Positions 1 to 12,000 of a stretch of 64,000 nucleotides of DNA are shown piece after piece; the stretch's first letter is position 1; every line of letters starts with the position of its first letter. Origin of the DNA: Spironucleus salmonicida (Eukaryota). The stretch is from positions 1,385,197 to 1,449,196 of the forward strand of contig NC_090600.1 in assembly GCF_000497125.1 (NCBI RefSeq). Reading direction: 5' to 3'. The notes under the pieces were generated by a model, which ran no database searches, was not told where the DNA came from, and was given only the letters and a program-made list of their open reading frames with translations. The position numbers and the translations under genes are program-made.

Positions 1-360
1 AGCTGTAGTTATTTTGACCAAAAATGACTCAAAATCGGCCGAAAACAAGCAATTTAGGCGCCTTAGTGCTGCTTAGAATACACGTGGTGAGATGGCGCTT
101 GTGGAGAGCATCTCGACAAGAATCCGGTTTACTACATCAGGTGTGGTCATATACTATGATTCTAGAGTTTTGAAAAGCCGAAAAACATAAAATTCAAGCA
201 GCTTAAATTTGGTGATTTTGATTTGTGAGAGGAAAATAATTAATTGGCTGAGTGGGATTGTGGAGGAAATGAGGTTATTAAGCACTTAGATTATAAACGG
301 GTATGGTTGAGAGAGGTCCAGGAGCTACACATGTTTCATGATAGTCGTGATCTCTTCCAT
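1..360 (-). CDS. Hypothetical protein, 5' part (runs off window start)
   Basis: ATG at 360; code-6 frame MEEITTIMKHVQLLDLSQPYPFIIQVLNNL... open to position 1; helical-looking. Confidence 0.75.
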
Positions 361-430
361 GAATATAGAATAATACATAATTAGTATTATATTCATATTA
401 ACATAAATTAAGTTTGGAGTGAAAGTTAAA
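361..430. promoter_or_regulatory. Short AT-rich divergent (bidirectional) promoter
   Basis: 70-bp AT-rich spacer between head-to-head ATGs at 360(-) and 431(+); GC skew flips sign across it. Confidence 0.55.
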
Positions 431-1303
431 ATGCGAAAACTCTCAACTATCCTTTATTCGCTTACAATTTTCGGGTTGACTCTATCAGTGTACTCCATCT
501 ATACCCTATCATTGACACCATACTCCTAAATTATCAAACTCCAAAATGATACATCTATTTTCATATCAGAGAAATACGCTCCGTTTACACTTAAATATCT
601 TACTGACACAATCCGCATCTGTGAACTATCTCAGTAGCCTGTATTCTCATAAGTTCCTTCAATGCTCACCAATTTTACTGTATAATTAGATTTTGACCCA
701 TTCACTCACTTTAAACAGCACATAAGTGATTTTCAAGCTTACTAAAAACTAAAATTTAAGTCACTTACATGTTAATGTGAACGTGGTGAGTGTTATGATT
801 TCGAGTATCTTAAATTTCATGTATACCAAAAGCAATCATTTTTCGATGTTCAACAGACGATAGCTGAGAAAACATTTACAATAGCTCTCAACAGAAAGCG
901 CGAAGGTGACCTATAGCCTATCGAGCTTACCACATCAATGTAGGATTTTGCTAGCTCATATATCTAGGTTGTAAACTAACCTAATGAAAACTTTAGAATG
1001 CGATGTCAACTAGAAATTGCTGTATAGTAACTATAATTTGACCTATAGAAGGATTAATCATGCCGGCAATTTACATAGAACGCTTTTAGCGGTATTATTT
1101 ACCCACCAGCTTGGGTATAGGCGTAAAACCAAATCTCGACTTCAGTTCTTACCGAGTTAGAAAGCAAAGATATTTTGTAGTATAAGCGCGATGGAAAAAA
1201 CTAATTAATGATAATTGTAGGGATGACATTCTTTAGTTTCGTTGTGAGTGCGATCTAGTATTTACGGAATAGTTAAAATGATATCGACTTGGATGACATG
1301 TGA
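431..1303 (+). CDS. Membrane protein, 290 aa (N-terminal signal/TM, C-terminal TM)
   Basis: MRKLSTILYSLTIFGLTLSVYSIYTLSL... and ...LMIIVGMTFFSFVVSAI...; open in code 6 to TGA 1301-1303. Confidence 0.8.
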
Positions 1304-1327
1304 AATTTTGAAATGAAATTTGAGTTT

Positions 1328-2170
1328 TCACTCCAAAAGTCGCTTATCTATTGCGATTTAAGCTGTAAATAGATCATGATTTATGGTTACTGCATTCATT
1401 TCTTTAAGGTAATTCAGTCTCTGATGATTCTGTGAAATTGATTGAAAACCCAAAAATGGCGTCAAGAATGATGTTTTTTGCACGAAATATCCCATAAACT
1501 TTTTCATTTCCTTTGTAAAAAACTCGGGCTTATGTTAACCCAAAATCAGAGTAACTCCCTCTAAAGTCAGTTTCCTACTATAGTTTATGCGGATCAGAAA
1601 GTCGAAATAGTCACGTAAATCCCCTGCCCTGTTCAAAATTTTCTATGCCCCTAGTTTCAAAACTGGAAGTGGAAAATGGTCTTTAGTCTTAAATCTGGCA
1701 ATTTCAACAAATTCATCTGCTTTATAATCATTGAAAATGATCTGTTTCAGATTATGGGCCCTAGATGACAGTCGTTGATCATTTTCAAAGAAGCTAAGTG
1801 AGTTTGCAATCAAAATAACATTAGATTTTAATTCAAGAATCTAATATAGTTTCTTGTTACTTAGAAAGTCAGCCTCATCAAAAACGAGCGTTTTCCCCGG
1901 AAGTAGTTTGTACGCAGCAATTTCAGACTTTGATGATTTACTCAGTTGCTTAAAAATAGTATTATTAGGTGTCTTGGCGCAGTTGACTAACAGTGCCTTT
2001 TTAGGAATCAGCAGAGTTATCGCTGCAGATTTTCCAGTTCCAGGATTACCAGAAATAAAAGTTTATTAGGGTTTCGTTTGACTAAACGTTTATTTAAGCT
2101 CATCCAGTTATAATTGTCTAGGAGCTTCGTGAAATTCGCTAGAGTTCAGCTTTTCTTATATGTTCGTCAT
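1328..2170 (-). CDS. ORC1/CDC6: Orc1/Cdc6-family AAA+ replication initiator, 280 aa
   Basis: FISGNPGTGKS (Walker A), LVFDEAD (Walker B), ILIANS...DQRLSSR (sensor 1/Arg finger), AGDLR (sensor 2). Confidence 0.85.
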
Positions 2171-2260
2171 TTTGGATATAATCTAATAATTATATATAAT
2201 AAGTTATTAGATAATAAATCACCATATATATACAATATTATAGCTATACGTTATTTATAA

Positions 2261-2920
2261 ATGAAAAAATGTTGCGATTCACTTGAAGAAGCTATTAAAA
2301 TTAAATGTAAATGCATTAGTAGAATTGCAAACGAAATGATGCTTAGTGAGATTAATTATCCAACGCCTTTAATGGTGTAAGCTCAGTAAGAATTTAGTCA
2401 ATTTGTATTCGAGCAATTATCATGTTTTATTGGATTTTAAGATGATAGAGGATGGACAGCTTTAATGTTTGCTGTTGATAATTATAATATTCATGCAGTT
2501 AATTTTTTAATATCGGAGTAAGGAAAGATTAACGATTGGGGATTTACAGCATTAGCAATGTGCTGTTACAGCTGTTTTGAAGAAGCTGTGCATATTTTAA
2601 TTGGAGAGCATATGATATTAGATGTTAATAATGTATCTATTGCTTAATAAGCAATTAAAAATGGTCATTTTGATGTTCTCATTACTTTGTACGATCTATT
2701 AGGAAAGGAATGTCTTGAAAATAGAGATAAACTTGGAAGGGATGTTTTTGCATATGCAGCTTATTAGGGGTAAGAATAAATAATTTAGTTCATAAGCGAT
2801 AAAATTAGTCGTAAAAATGATCTTTTTGGAAGATCTTATATATATTACTTTAGTTTAGGTAGAATTGACCGAGGAGATTTTTCGAATTATGACATGGATA
2901 GAGAGGTCTTATTATAGTGA
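2261..2920 (+). CDS. Ankyrin-repeat protein (diplomonad Protein 21.1-like), 219 aa
   Basis: Repeats TPLMV, DDRGWTALMFAV..NN..AVNFLI, NDWGFTALAM, AIKNGHFDVL, DKLGRDVFAYAA. Confidence 0.85.
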
Positions 2921-2931
2921 CACATAAAAAT

Positions 2932-3429
2932 TCACTTTCGATTGATATTCTAAAGACTAGGGCGAAGTTAAAATTATACTATGCTAAGGCTCTAGCATAC
3001 TTCTATTCTTTTCGTACTAATTTGAAGCTCTTATCTAAGCCCTAATGAGGCAGCTAATGCTTATCTTTTAAACTGCGGATGTCGTAATGATACATCGTTT
3101 TAAACTTTATTTTATGGTATAAGTGAGTATTACTATTTTTTTAGAGACATGTACATTTCGTCTGGAGAACGAATTGTATTTAATATTTTTTAATTTTACT
3201 ATAGTTAAAGGATCTATTAGATGTTATCTTTTGCAATAAGACCATTATTAAGTGACTAAAATCTAGATGGTCCTCGAAATTAAATAGGAGATGCTTTTTT
3301 AACTTTCATCATATCAATTTGTTAGAAAAATACTAGTTTTTTAAAACGTTTGGACATACTACGCTCCTCCAGTAAGGTATTTTAGATATATTCTGGTTTT
3401 GCATGGTCTAAATTGGAATAACTTGTCAT
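2932..3429 (-). CDS. Hypothetical basic protein, 165 aa
   Basis: MTSYSNLDHAKPEYIQNTLLEERSS...; code-6 ORF filling the gap between neighbours, ends AAG TGA. Confidence 0.65.
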
Positions 3430-3544
3430 TTTTAATATTTAAATTATAATAAAATATTAAATATATAAATTGAAGCTAATAAGGTATAAATACATTATTA
3501 TATGTTGATATACACTTAGCTTAAATTTATCCATTTCAACATTT

Positions 3545-4855
3545 ATGGAGGACGCAACAGATAGAATCGATCCATTACCGCCACCGTCTGCTTGTTTAGA
3601 TGGTATATAAAGACATTTGTAGTAATATGAATAATCAATATCGCGGTTATAATTTGAGAATAACGAACTCAGAGAACGTCTTACTGCCGCAATTTAATAA
3701 TTAGATTTATATAGAATGTCACCTGGATAACCTGCATAATAATAAGCTCCTTTTACATATTCAAGCAATACAATTTAATAGTCAAAAGTATCCTCGCCAG
3801 CTCCATAAACAGTGGTATAACCTCCAGCTCCACTTTAATAAATACCAAAGGCACGAAAGCTTGTATTGCATTCTCGTTAAATAGCACATATTACGTTGCA
3901 TAAAGGTTTACTGTTAACTGCCTCTAAAGACGGTACTGCTCGTATTTGGCGTGAGGATGGAGCGTCATTACACACATTTAGAGCAGATGGGCCTCTTACC
4001 ACAGCTTCTTATTTTGATGGGTTATTGATACTAGCATCTAAATAGAAAAAGATTTTCATTCATTAGACGTCTTAAGCAGGAAGTCTTATTCCTTTTGCTG
4101 ATGTTTTAGATTTAAATTAGTCACTTATCCGCAATGCTGCAGATGCTTCATTTTTAACAGTACCTCAACCGGCTACAACTTTGGCATATTTAAATAATAG
4201 AGTCTTTATTTTTGGATCTGGATTTTTCACTTGTGCAGAGATAACTAATACAGCATAGCTTATTAAAACTTAACATTTTACAGAATAATTAGATTAAAAA
4301 TAACCATTAATTTTTACTTCAGCTATTTCATTCTAATCTTGCATATTTGTTTCACTAAAAGAAAAATTTATTAAGAATGGTTAATTTTTGAATTTAATTC
4401 CGGATTCTTTAGTAGGGACCACACGCACTGGTGCTAGAATTATGTAAATTAATAATGATTTTTCAATTACAGCACATACTTTGTAAATAAATTGCAAAGT
4501 AGAACTAACACCTATTGATATTCTAGGGTTCATGAATTTTATTATCTGCGTTTTTAGTAACTCCTTTGCTTCTTTAAATGTTTAAAATGGCAAGTTTGTT
4601 GAGTTTGGAGAAACTTTATAAGAAATTGCTTGTTCATGTTTTATTGATTAAGGAAAAATGTTTATTGGATGTGAAAAAGGTCTTGTTTTAGTATATGGTA
4701 TAGATGTATCTGCTGAAAATATCGTTATGAGAAAAGAAAAGGTAGTTGCTTTTGAAGATTTGGGTTGCAGTATTAGTAGTATTTATGTTAGTGGCGGCAT
4801 GATGGTAGCTGGTGGAGTTAGCGGTGAAGTTGTTGTTAAAGGATGGTAATAGTGA
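3545..4855 (+). CDS. N-terminal coiled-coil plus WD40 beta-propeller protein (striatin-like architecture), 436 aa
   Basis: LDGIQRHLQQYEQSISRLQFENNELRERL coil, P/Q-rich linker, WD repeats LLTASKDGTARIW and MVAGGVSGEVVVKGW. Confidence 0.8.
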
Positions 4856-4896
4856 GCAGTGAGAGGATACGGTGTTAAAATACAGTAGATTAAATA

Positions 4897-6366
4897 TCAC
4901 TTAACTTTTTTAGCCTTCTTATTTTTATTTTCATCTTAATTCTCCTTTTTAGCTTTAATATGAAAAGAGATATAGTAACACACAATTACCACTAGGCCAG
5001 ACACACCTCCATAAATTTCACCCCAAAATGGTATATTGAAGAAATTTCCAGTTTATCCTTAAAATATTTAGTATATAAAACTGGTAGCTACAATACCAGC
5101 CATGTTTAATACTCCAATACCGCCGATTATAATGTAATGCTAATGTGCTAAAGCTAAACAAAGTGCAATTTCTGCAAAAATCTAACAAAATCCACCAATA
5201 CCACTAAATAGAATTGCCTGACTTACACTAGCAGTATCAGCCGTTAGAGGTACAAATGTTTAAATTATCGGCACATATAAAAAGAGAACAACCGTAATGC
5301 AAGTTAAAACTAAGCCGAGAATTATTGATTTCATTATGATTTCATTAAGTCTCTTATGTTATTTGCCAGATATACAAATGAGTGTATATCGTGTAAAGAA
5401 CTGAGAAAGACTGATAGATACAATTCGAAAAACTTGACCAAAGTAAGAAAACACTAGCAAAAGCTAGCCTTACTAAAAAGAATCCGGTTACGATTAAACC
5501 TATGTCGCAGCAAGTAAAACTGCTACACCAAAGCACATTTTTAGCAAAGTTAATGTTGAGGATAAAGAAAGAATGTTAAATAGATCTTTGAAATATCCTT
5601 TAAATCCCTTAAAAGAAACTATTTCTTTCCAATTTGTCAATATAACCTGATTATTTTTAGCACCAAAAATGGATAAGCCAAAATTCCACAAGCATGTCCA
5701 GACAATGAGAGTTAACCCAGTAAGAATATAAGAAAGTCCAGTTGGCCAGGTAGAAGTTGCAGTCGAAAAAAGATAGCCTAAACTTTCAATTGTTATAAAT
5801 ATAATTGAATAAAATATTGAAAGAGAAGCAGCTACGGTTTTTCTACCCTCCGCAGCGTACCTAAGCATTTAACCTTCAAAGAATGTCTAAATAGGCATTG
5901 AAAGGGCAATTGTGATATAATACTAAAACCATAATTATGAAGGAATGTTGTATAAATTAACTAGAAAATGATCTATTGGATAAAATACAATGAAACCTAC
6001 AATAGTCCAGAAGAGAGAAATTTTAAAGGATAAATGATTCAAATAGGTTGCTCTCTCTTCTTTTTTGTTAAAAAGTGCCTCGCTTGCCTACTACGAGAAT
6101 AACATCCAAGTACCAGCAGAGAATGCCTATGTTATCGAAGTGCCACCATAAATAATAGCAAACATTACTGGGTCTTTATTGAATATCAGATTATATTAAA
6201 AATGCATAGAAACAAACTGATGAAGTACATAAGCAAATTATGCTACAAAAGTTGGAATTATCTCTAAATTTAACATGCTAAAAGCAGATTAAGTCATTAT
6301 TTTATTTACTGACTCATTATGTATTTAATTTTACTCTTCGTTTTAAAGATCATCAACTGGACCCAT
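4897..6366 (-). CDS. Multi-pass transporter, probably MATE family, 489 aa
   Basis: About 12 hydrophobic segments in two halves; MLRYAAEGRKTVAA motif resembles the MATE LRAEG loop; includes track ORF 5500-5868. Confidence 0.7.
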
Positions 6367-6612
6367 TTTTAAATTGAACCTTTTAACATATTAATCAAAT
6401 ATATGATTATAGATAAAATTTTGTATATATTTTAATGAATTAAATAAGAATTAAAAGAATAATATATTACAATATAAGTTTTTGTTTGTTATAATTCTAC
6501 TATACCAAAATTTATACACTAAAAATATAATAGTATTAGATATATTATAAATTTAATTTTTTATAAAAATGTTTGATATAATATTATTATTATTGTTATT
6601 ATATCATTCCAA

Positions 6613-7110
6613 ATGCCTCTACGATGGACATCGGACGAAACCCAGCATTTGATTTCCACAACTCTTTTACATGAATAGTTAAGAGGCAGAAAATAAATTC
6701 TTTATCCAGCTATTTCTCGACCTTTTCCAAACCGATCAACAGAGGAAGTTCGTTCAAAAATAGAATATTTGAAGCGGAAAAATAGACTAGAGTCTCCAGT
6801 TAGGCCTAGTGCTTTTACTAGCGAAGAATCTCGTCTTTTAATCATTGCAGTATAAAAACATGGCCCAGACTTTGAGCTGATTTAAGAAGCATATTTTCGC
6901 AAGTTTTCAGCAAAGAAACTTCACGCACGTTATCTTTGGTAAATTTAGAATAGCTGGAATGACCAATTTTTCAGAAAAATATTTCCCCTTATAAACTATA
7001 GTGAAGATTCTTGGGGGTGTAAGAATAGGATTGTTGATTAAAGTCCATGGGATGGGTTTTTGGCGCTACGAGATGAGGAAGAAGAGTTAGTAGGTGAAAC
7101 ACAAGAGTGA
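6613..7110 (+). CDS. Myb/SANT two-repeat DNA-binding protein, 165 aa
   Basis: RWTSDETQHL...FPNRSTEEVRSKI and FTSEESRLLIIAVQKHGPDFELI...LHARY. Confidence 0.85.
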
Positions 7111-7121
7111 TATAAATATTT

Positions 7122-7817
7122 TCATTCAATAAGCTTGGTCTTAGGGGCATACTTTTTTACAATACTTGCTAATTTCCAAAACATCTAACTTGGAAGTGCT
7201 GTAAAATCTATCTCAAATGCCCCTTATGCTTGTATCAGATCAATAGCCTGTACACCACATTCGCGGAGGAACCTGCTTATCACAAGTGCCTTTGCATGGT
7301 GAGAACGCATTTACATAAACTGTTCCTTCAATGCTTCCAAATCAGAGGAAGTGGGAGGCTATTATTTCTCTTACTTTTCTGTAATTACCGGAAATGCCTC
7401 TAAGGCTTAGGTAAACAGAACATCAAAGGGGATAGACAGGGTAAATTCGAGCTGTTATGATGCAATTTCACTAGATAGGGACATTATAAGCTCTTGTAGG
7501 TCATTAGCTGCAGCTTGTGTCGTCTGTGAACGTGCGCCCGTTTAGATTTTGAAGTTTTCGAGTATTTTTGACAGACAGGCTACAATTTCTCCAAATTAAA
7601 GAAATGGAAGGTCTGCATAAATTGGAATACGACGAAGAACATCATAAAGTGAAATTGGATTGATAAGAGGCGAAACTGTCATGGTAGAAGAACGAAAATT
7701 TTATAAAGATTTTGTTTTCATCGCCGTTTAAATACGTTATGTTAGTATAAATCTTATATTAGGAGTTAATGTGAGAGATAGAAGGTCATTTAGCTGTTAT
7801 ATTTAAACATGATTCAT
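7122..7817 (-). CDS. BET/GTE-like protein: degenerate bromodomain plus ET domain, 231 aa
   Basis: INPISLYDVLRRI...LSKILENFKIQTGARSQTTQAAANDLQELI (bromodomain-like); PPTSSDLEALKEQF...FEIDFTALPSQMFWKLASIV (ET-like); alternative start at 7721. Confidence 0.65.
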
Positions 7818-7926
7818 TTGATAAAAGATTAAGATTATTATAGCTATATAATAAAATATTACTACCTAAATTAATAGGTAGTAAAAATTATATAATATAA
7901 AAAGTATATTTGTCCCTATCCTCTAA

Positions 7927-9141
7927 ATGTCATCTTAGTTTTAAACCCTTCGTGATCTTGAATCTAAGCTCTAGTTTTTGGATTCACAGATATCTTTCTT
8001 ATAATAAGATTATTAGCATTTAAGAACCTCTCACTCCTAGCTTTTGACATAATACTCTTAGTTACATTAAACACCACTTCTAATTGGTTCTGTAGTAGAA
8101 CCAGTAGATGCATAAAGATGTATAGTTTAGCCTTCAAATTTATAGTCAAATGTTTTAGTTCGTGTTTCATCCCACGTTAATCCTGCTCATATCAAGCCTA
8201 TGGCAAATGTTGCACTTAACAGAACGTCTTATGCTGTTCATAAAGTACTACCAGTATAAAATGAGTAAAATTAAAATTTGGTTAACGTAGAAGAACGCCC
8301 TAATATTACATTCGCCGATATCGGTGGATATGATTCTGCGAAATAAGATCTTAGAGAAGCAGTAGAAATGCCTATTAAGTAACCTCATATTTTTAAACAA
8401 CTAAATATAGTGCCACCTAATGCGGTGCTTCTCTTTGGGCCACCTGGTAATGGTAAATCATTATTAGTTAAAGCCATTGCAAATGCTTGTGACTGTACAT
8501 TTATTAACATTTCATCTTCATAATGTGTTCAAAAATATTTGGGCGAAGGTGCTCGAATGATTCGTGATATCTTCAAATTGGCTAGAGATATGGCCCCATC
8601 TGTTGTCTTCTTTGATGAAGTAGATGCAATAGCGACAAAAAGATACGATAACGCTACTGACGGAGATAAAGAAGTTTAGCGCATTTTACTTGAGCTTTTA
8701 ACCTAATTAGATGGTTTTAATAACCCTGAACACTTTAAATAAGAGTAAGTCAATGAATATGATGATTAAGAGACTATTGCAAGAAAACTCAATAGAGGTG
8801 TTGTTAAAGTAATTTTTGCAACTAATAAACCTGATACGTTAGATCCTGCTTTATTAAGAACAGGTAGATGTGACCGGAAAGTCGAAATTACATTCCCAAA
8901 TAAGAGAGAAAAAAGATTAATTTTCTAAGTCTGCAGTAAGAAGATGAACTTAGAGAAAGACGTAGATTTTGAAGTATTTGTCTCAAAAAATGCTAAAATA
9001 TCAGGAGCTGATATAGCCCATGTTTGCAGAGAAGCGGGTATGCAAGCTGTAAGAAATAATAGATTCATTGTTAGTCATGATGATTTTGAAAAAGCTTGGG
9101 ATGTAACTATCGCAAAAAGAAAAAATGACATTGATGAGTGA
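7927..9141 (+). CDS. RPT3: 26S proteasome AAA-ATPase subunit Rpt3 (PSMC4), 404 aa
   Basis: [80 protein letters not shown]. Confidence 0.93.
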
Positions 9142-9190
9142 AAAACCATATTTTTAATTATATAAGAATTAATATAAAAAATTTATAAAA

Positions 9191-11962
9191 ATGAATTTGG
9201 AATTAACGCTATAATTTCCATCTCAGTTCACCTCAAATTTTGTATAAGTTTGTCTGGATAACGACGATATTGAGTATAGAGGCCCAATGTAATAATACAA
9301 AGATAATATGGTGTTTAAGTTTCAATATGTGGACGAGCCAACACGCATAGTTCTCAAGTTGGATGAAAAATTTATTATTTCAGATTTTAACATCCATATT
9401 CCATTTTTTAATATCTCTGTACCCGAACTTGTTAAGTTTTCACTATCAGTTAGTATAGTAAAGCAAGTTGTAACATTTAATATTTTAAATATCACAACCA
9501 ATATATTCTTGCCAAGGTCACAGGTGAATTTAAAGAATCTACTCTAAGTTGAAATAATATCAGATGAATTTTATTGTGTTGTCAAAAGGTAGACATAAAT
9601 TAGGCTCCCATTCGCCTAATTTCGCTTTAATCTGCTTATTTCAGCTTTAATTCTATAAATTCCTACTGAATTCGTTCTATGTGGTGCTAGTGTATCTAAT
9701 TGGGGACTAGCATAAAGTTTTTTCTCATATGAGGTCAATAAATATTATATTTGCCTTCTAGACTGTCTTTTATTAGCATCTAGTGAAAATACAGTAATAG
9801 AGCCAGTGTTTAGTTAAATTGTACGTTTGGGGCTTTTGAATTTCGTTTTTGGTGGTAAGACAACAGGAGAACTCGATGATATAGCTTTATAATTATATCA
9901 GATGTTTGGTGAAGAAATTAAGAATTTATCAATAACTCTTAATTTTGGTGTAAGTAAGTAGGTATCAATTGAATATTTTTTATAAAAACATACTAATTTC
10001 TTAGCTATTTAGTGTATTGGCTACAATATCTAGAATAATGTAAAGTGTATCAAGTAACACGATTTGGAGCTCGGAGGAAACGACATTAATTTTGAAGGAA
10101 ATGAATCTCTTTTAGGTTGTTATAATTAAGATAATTGGTTATTTATTCATAAAGATTAAACTAGCTCTATCGCTGGCAAAATATAGACCCGGTAACTAGA
10201 AGTTTGTGTTTAAAATTGTTTAACATTAGAAGATTAGATTTTTTATATTGATCTAGTACCAATATTAAAAAATTATATTAATAACAAATAATCAAAAACC
10301 ATCCTTCAAATTGAAGGCTTAGAATTTGTGATTTAATTTTAAAATAATGACATTTAAGCAACATAACAAGTGTTATAAAGAATATAACAAGAGATAATAA
10401 TTCCTCGTGCTACTCCTCGAAAGGTTAGTATTATTCGAGAAAAGGATACTGAAAGTTACAAAACTACAGGAAATTAAAGTGGGGCAAATAATATTCTATT
10501 AAAAAACATTGATGTTGGTTAAATTTAACGTGTTAATTCACCAAATATGTCATTTCCTAATTCAGTCTAGTTGAAACCACCAGTTACGACAAGAGGAAAA
10601 TAACATCCAAAAACTGTTTTGAAAAAGAAAGTCATTACTAAAAAATAGAGCGATAGCAAGGAGGTACAAGATTTTGTTGTAAGTGAGTCATCATAGAAGA
10701 CTGATGACTAGAAAATAATATAAAGTTTAGAAGCTAAGACTATTGATTAAATTTAAGGGTAAAAATTAGATTAACATCGTAAAAAAATTGTTGAAAGTCA
10801 AGAATTACTTAAATAAGCTCAATCCAATGGTAATTATTTATAGTAAGGTAATGATCTAGAGAATGTTAATTTGAATACAAAAGATATCCAAAAGCAAGTT
10901 ACTACATAAAAAAAATGCATAGCAAGCTAGATAGAGGTGCTGTAAGTAAAATTGAAAAACTAATCTGATCCTAAATATAATAACACAGAATCGGATATCC
11001 TACAAACTACTAAATGTACTCCTGTAAATCATTACCAACAATAGGATAAAGTTTAGCTAACATCTAAGGAAAAACTGAAAGATAATCGGTAATTAAAAGC
11101 AGCAGAAAGTAATAATCCATAAGCCTCACAAAAATAATAACCGTAATTTAAATCCTTAAAAGTATAAGAAAGTTCCAATACATAATCAAATCCTAAAACG
11201 AATATAAACCCAAGTGTCATAAACAGCGTCAAACCTGTTGATATCACCAATTGTTTACCAGTTTAAGAAAGTGTACCTTCTGTATCTACTACAATTATAA
11301 CCTCTATAAAACCAACCGTCCCTCTAATTTCTTTATAGTAGTAATAGTCTCAAATTCCAAATAGTGATACATTTCATATTCAACTTCCGTCAAGTAGAGC
11401 TACGGTTCAGCCTACTGGAGCTACCAAAACGCCACACCCATAAGATTCCAGTCCAGGTAATACTTTTGATATAGCTCCTAAACTAGCATTTGATAAGCTG
11501 TCAATTACAGCTTTTGATGCATCTTTAGCGACAGTCAGATTAACTCCTTACCGGGAAGGTGTCACTACCTAATAATAGCCTATCTTAGGAGTTCCAGTGA
11601 TTCACCCGCAGAAAATTAACCAGCGGAGCAATATTAATCACCATGAATAATTAGAGCGGGAACTTAGGAAATAGGAGCGAATCAGTTAAAGCGGATATGG
11701 TCATGCCAGTTCAATTGTTGTTAAGAAAGTTGACCCATCTGATGCGAAATAGTACTCAATAGGCCAAAAAAAATATACTGGTGGTAATAGAGCAACTGTA
11801 AGCGTAAGTTTGCCACTTAGATCACTTAATCCCGTTTTGAAATGTTAACTTAAAGATTCGAACTATTATTCAGAGCTAGCAAAGCCGAAATAAGTTTAGA
11901 TCATTGAAAAGTATGAGCAAAAAATGATGCAATAATACTTAGATAAATTTGGTAATATATGA
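9191..11962 (+). CDS. Hypothetical protein, 923 aa (folded N-half, Q/S/T/P-rich disordered C-half)
   Basis: Long code-6 ORF from ATG 9191 containing track ORF 9308-9547, in-frame TGA at 11960-11962. Confidence 0.75.
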
Positions 11963-12000
11963 GTAGTTATTATAATATTATATTCAATATGTATTTGAAA

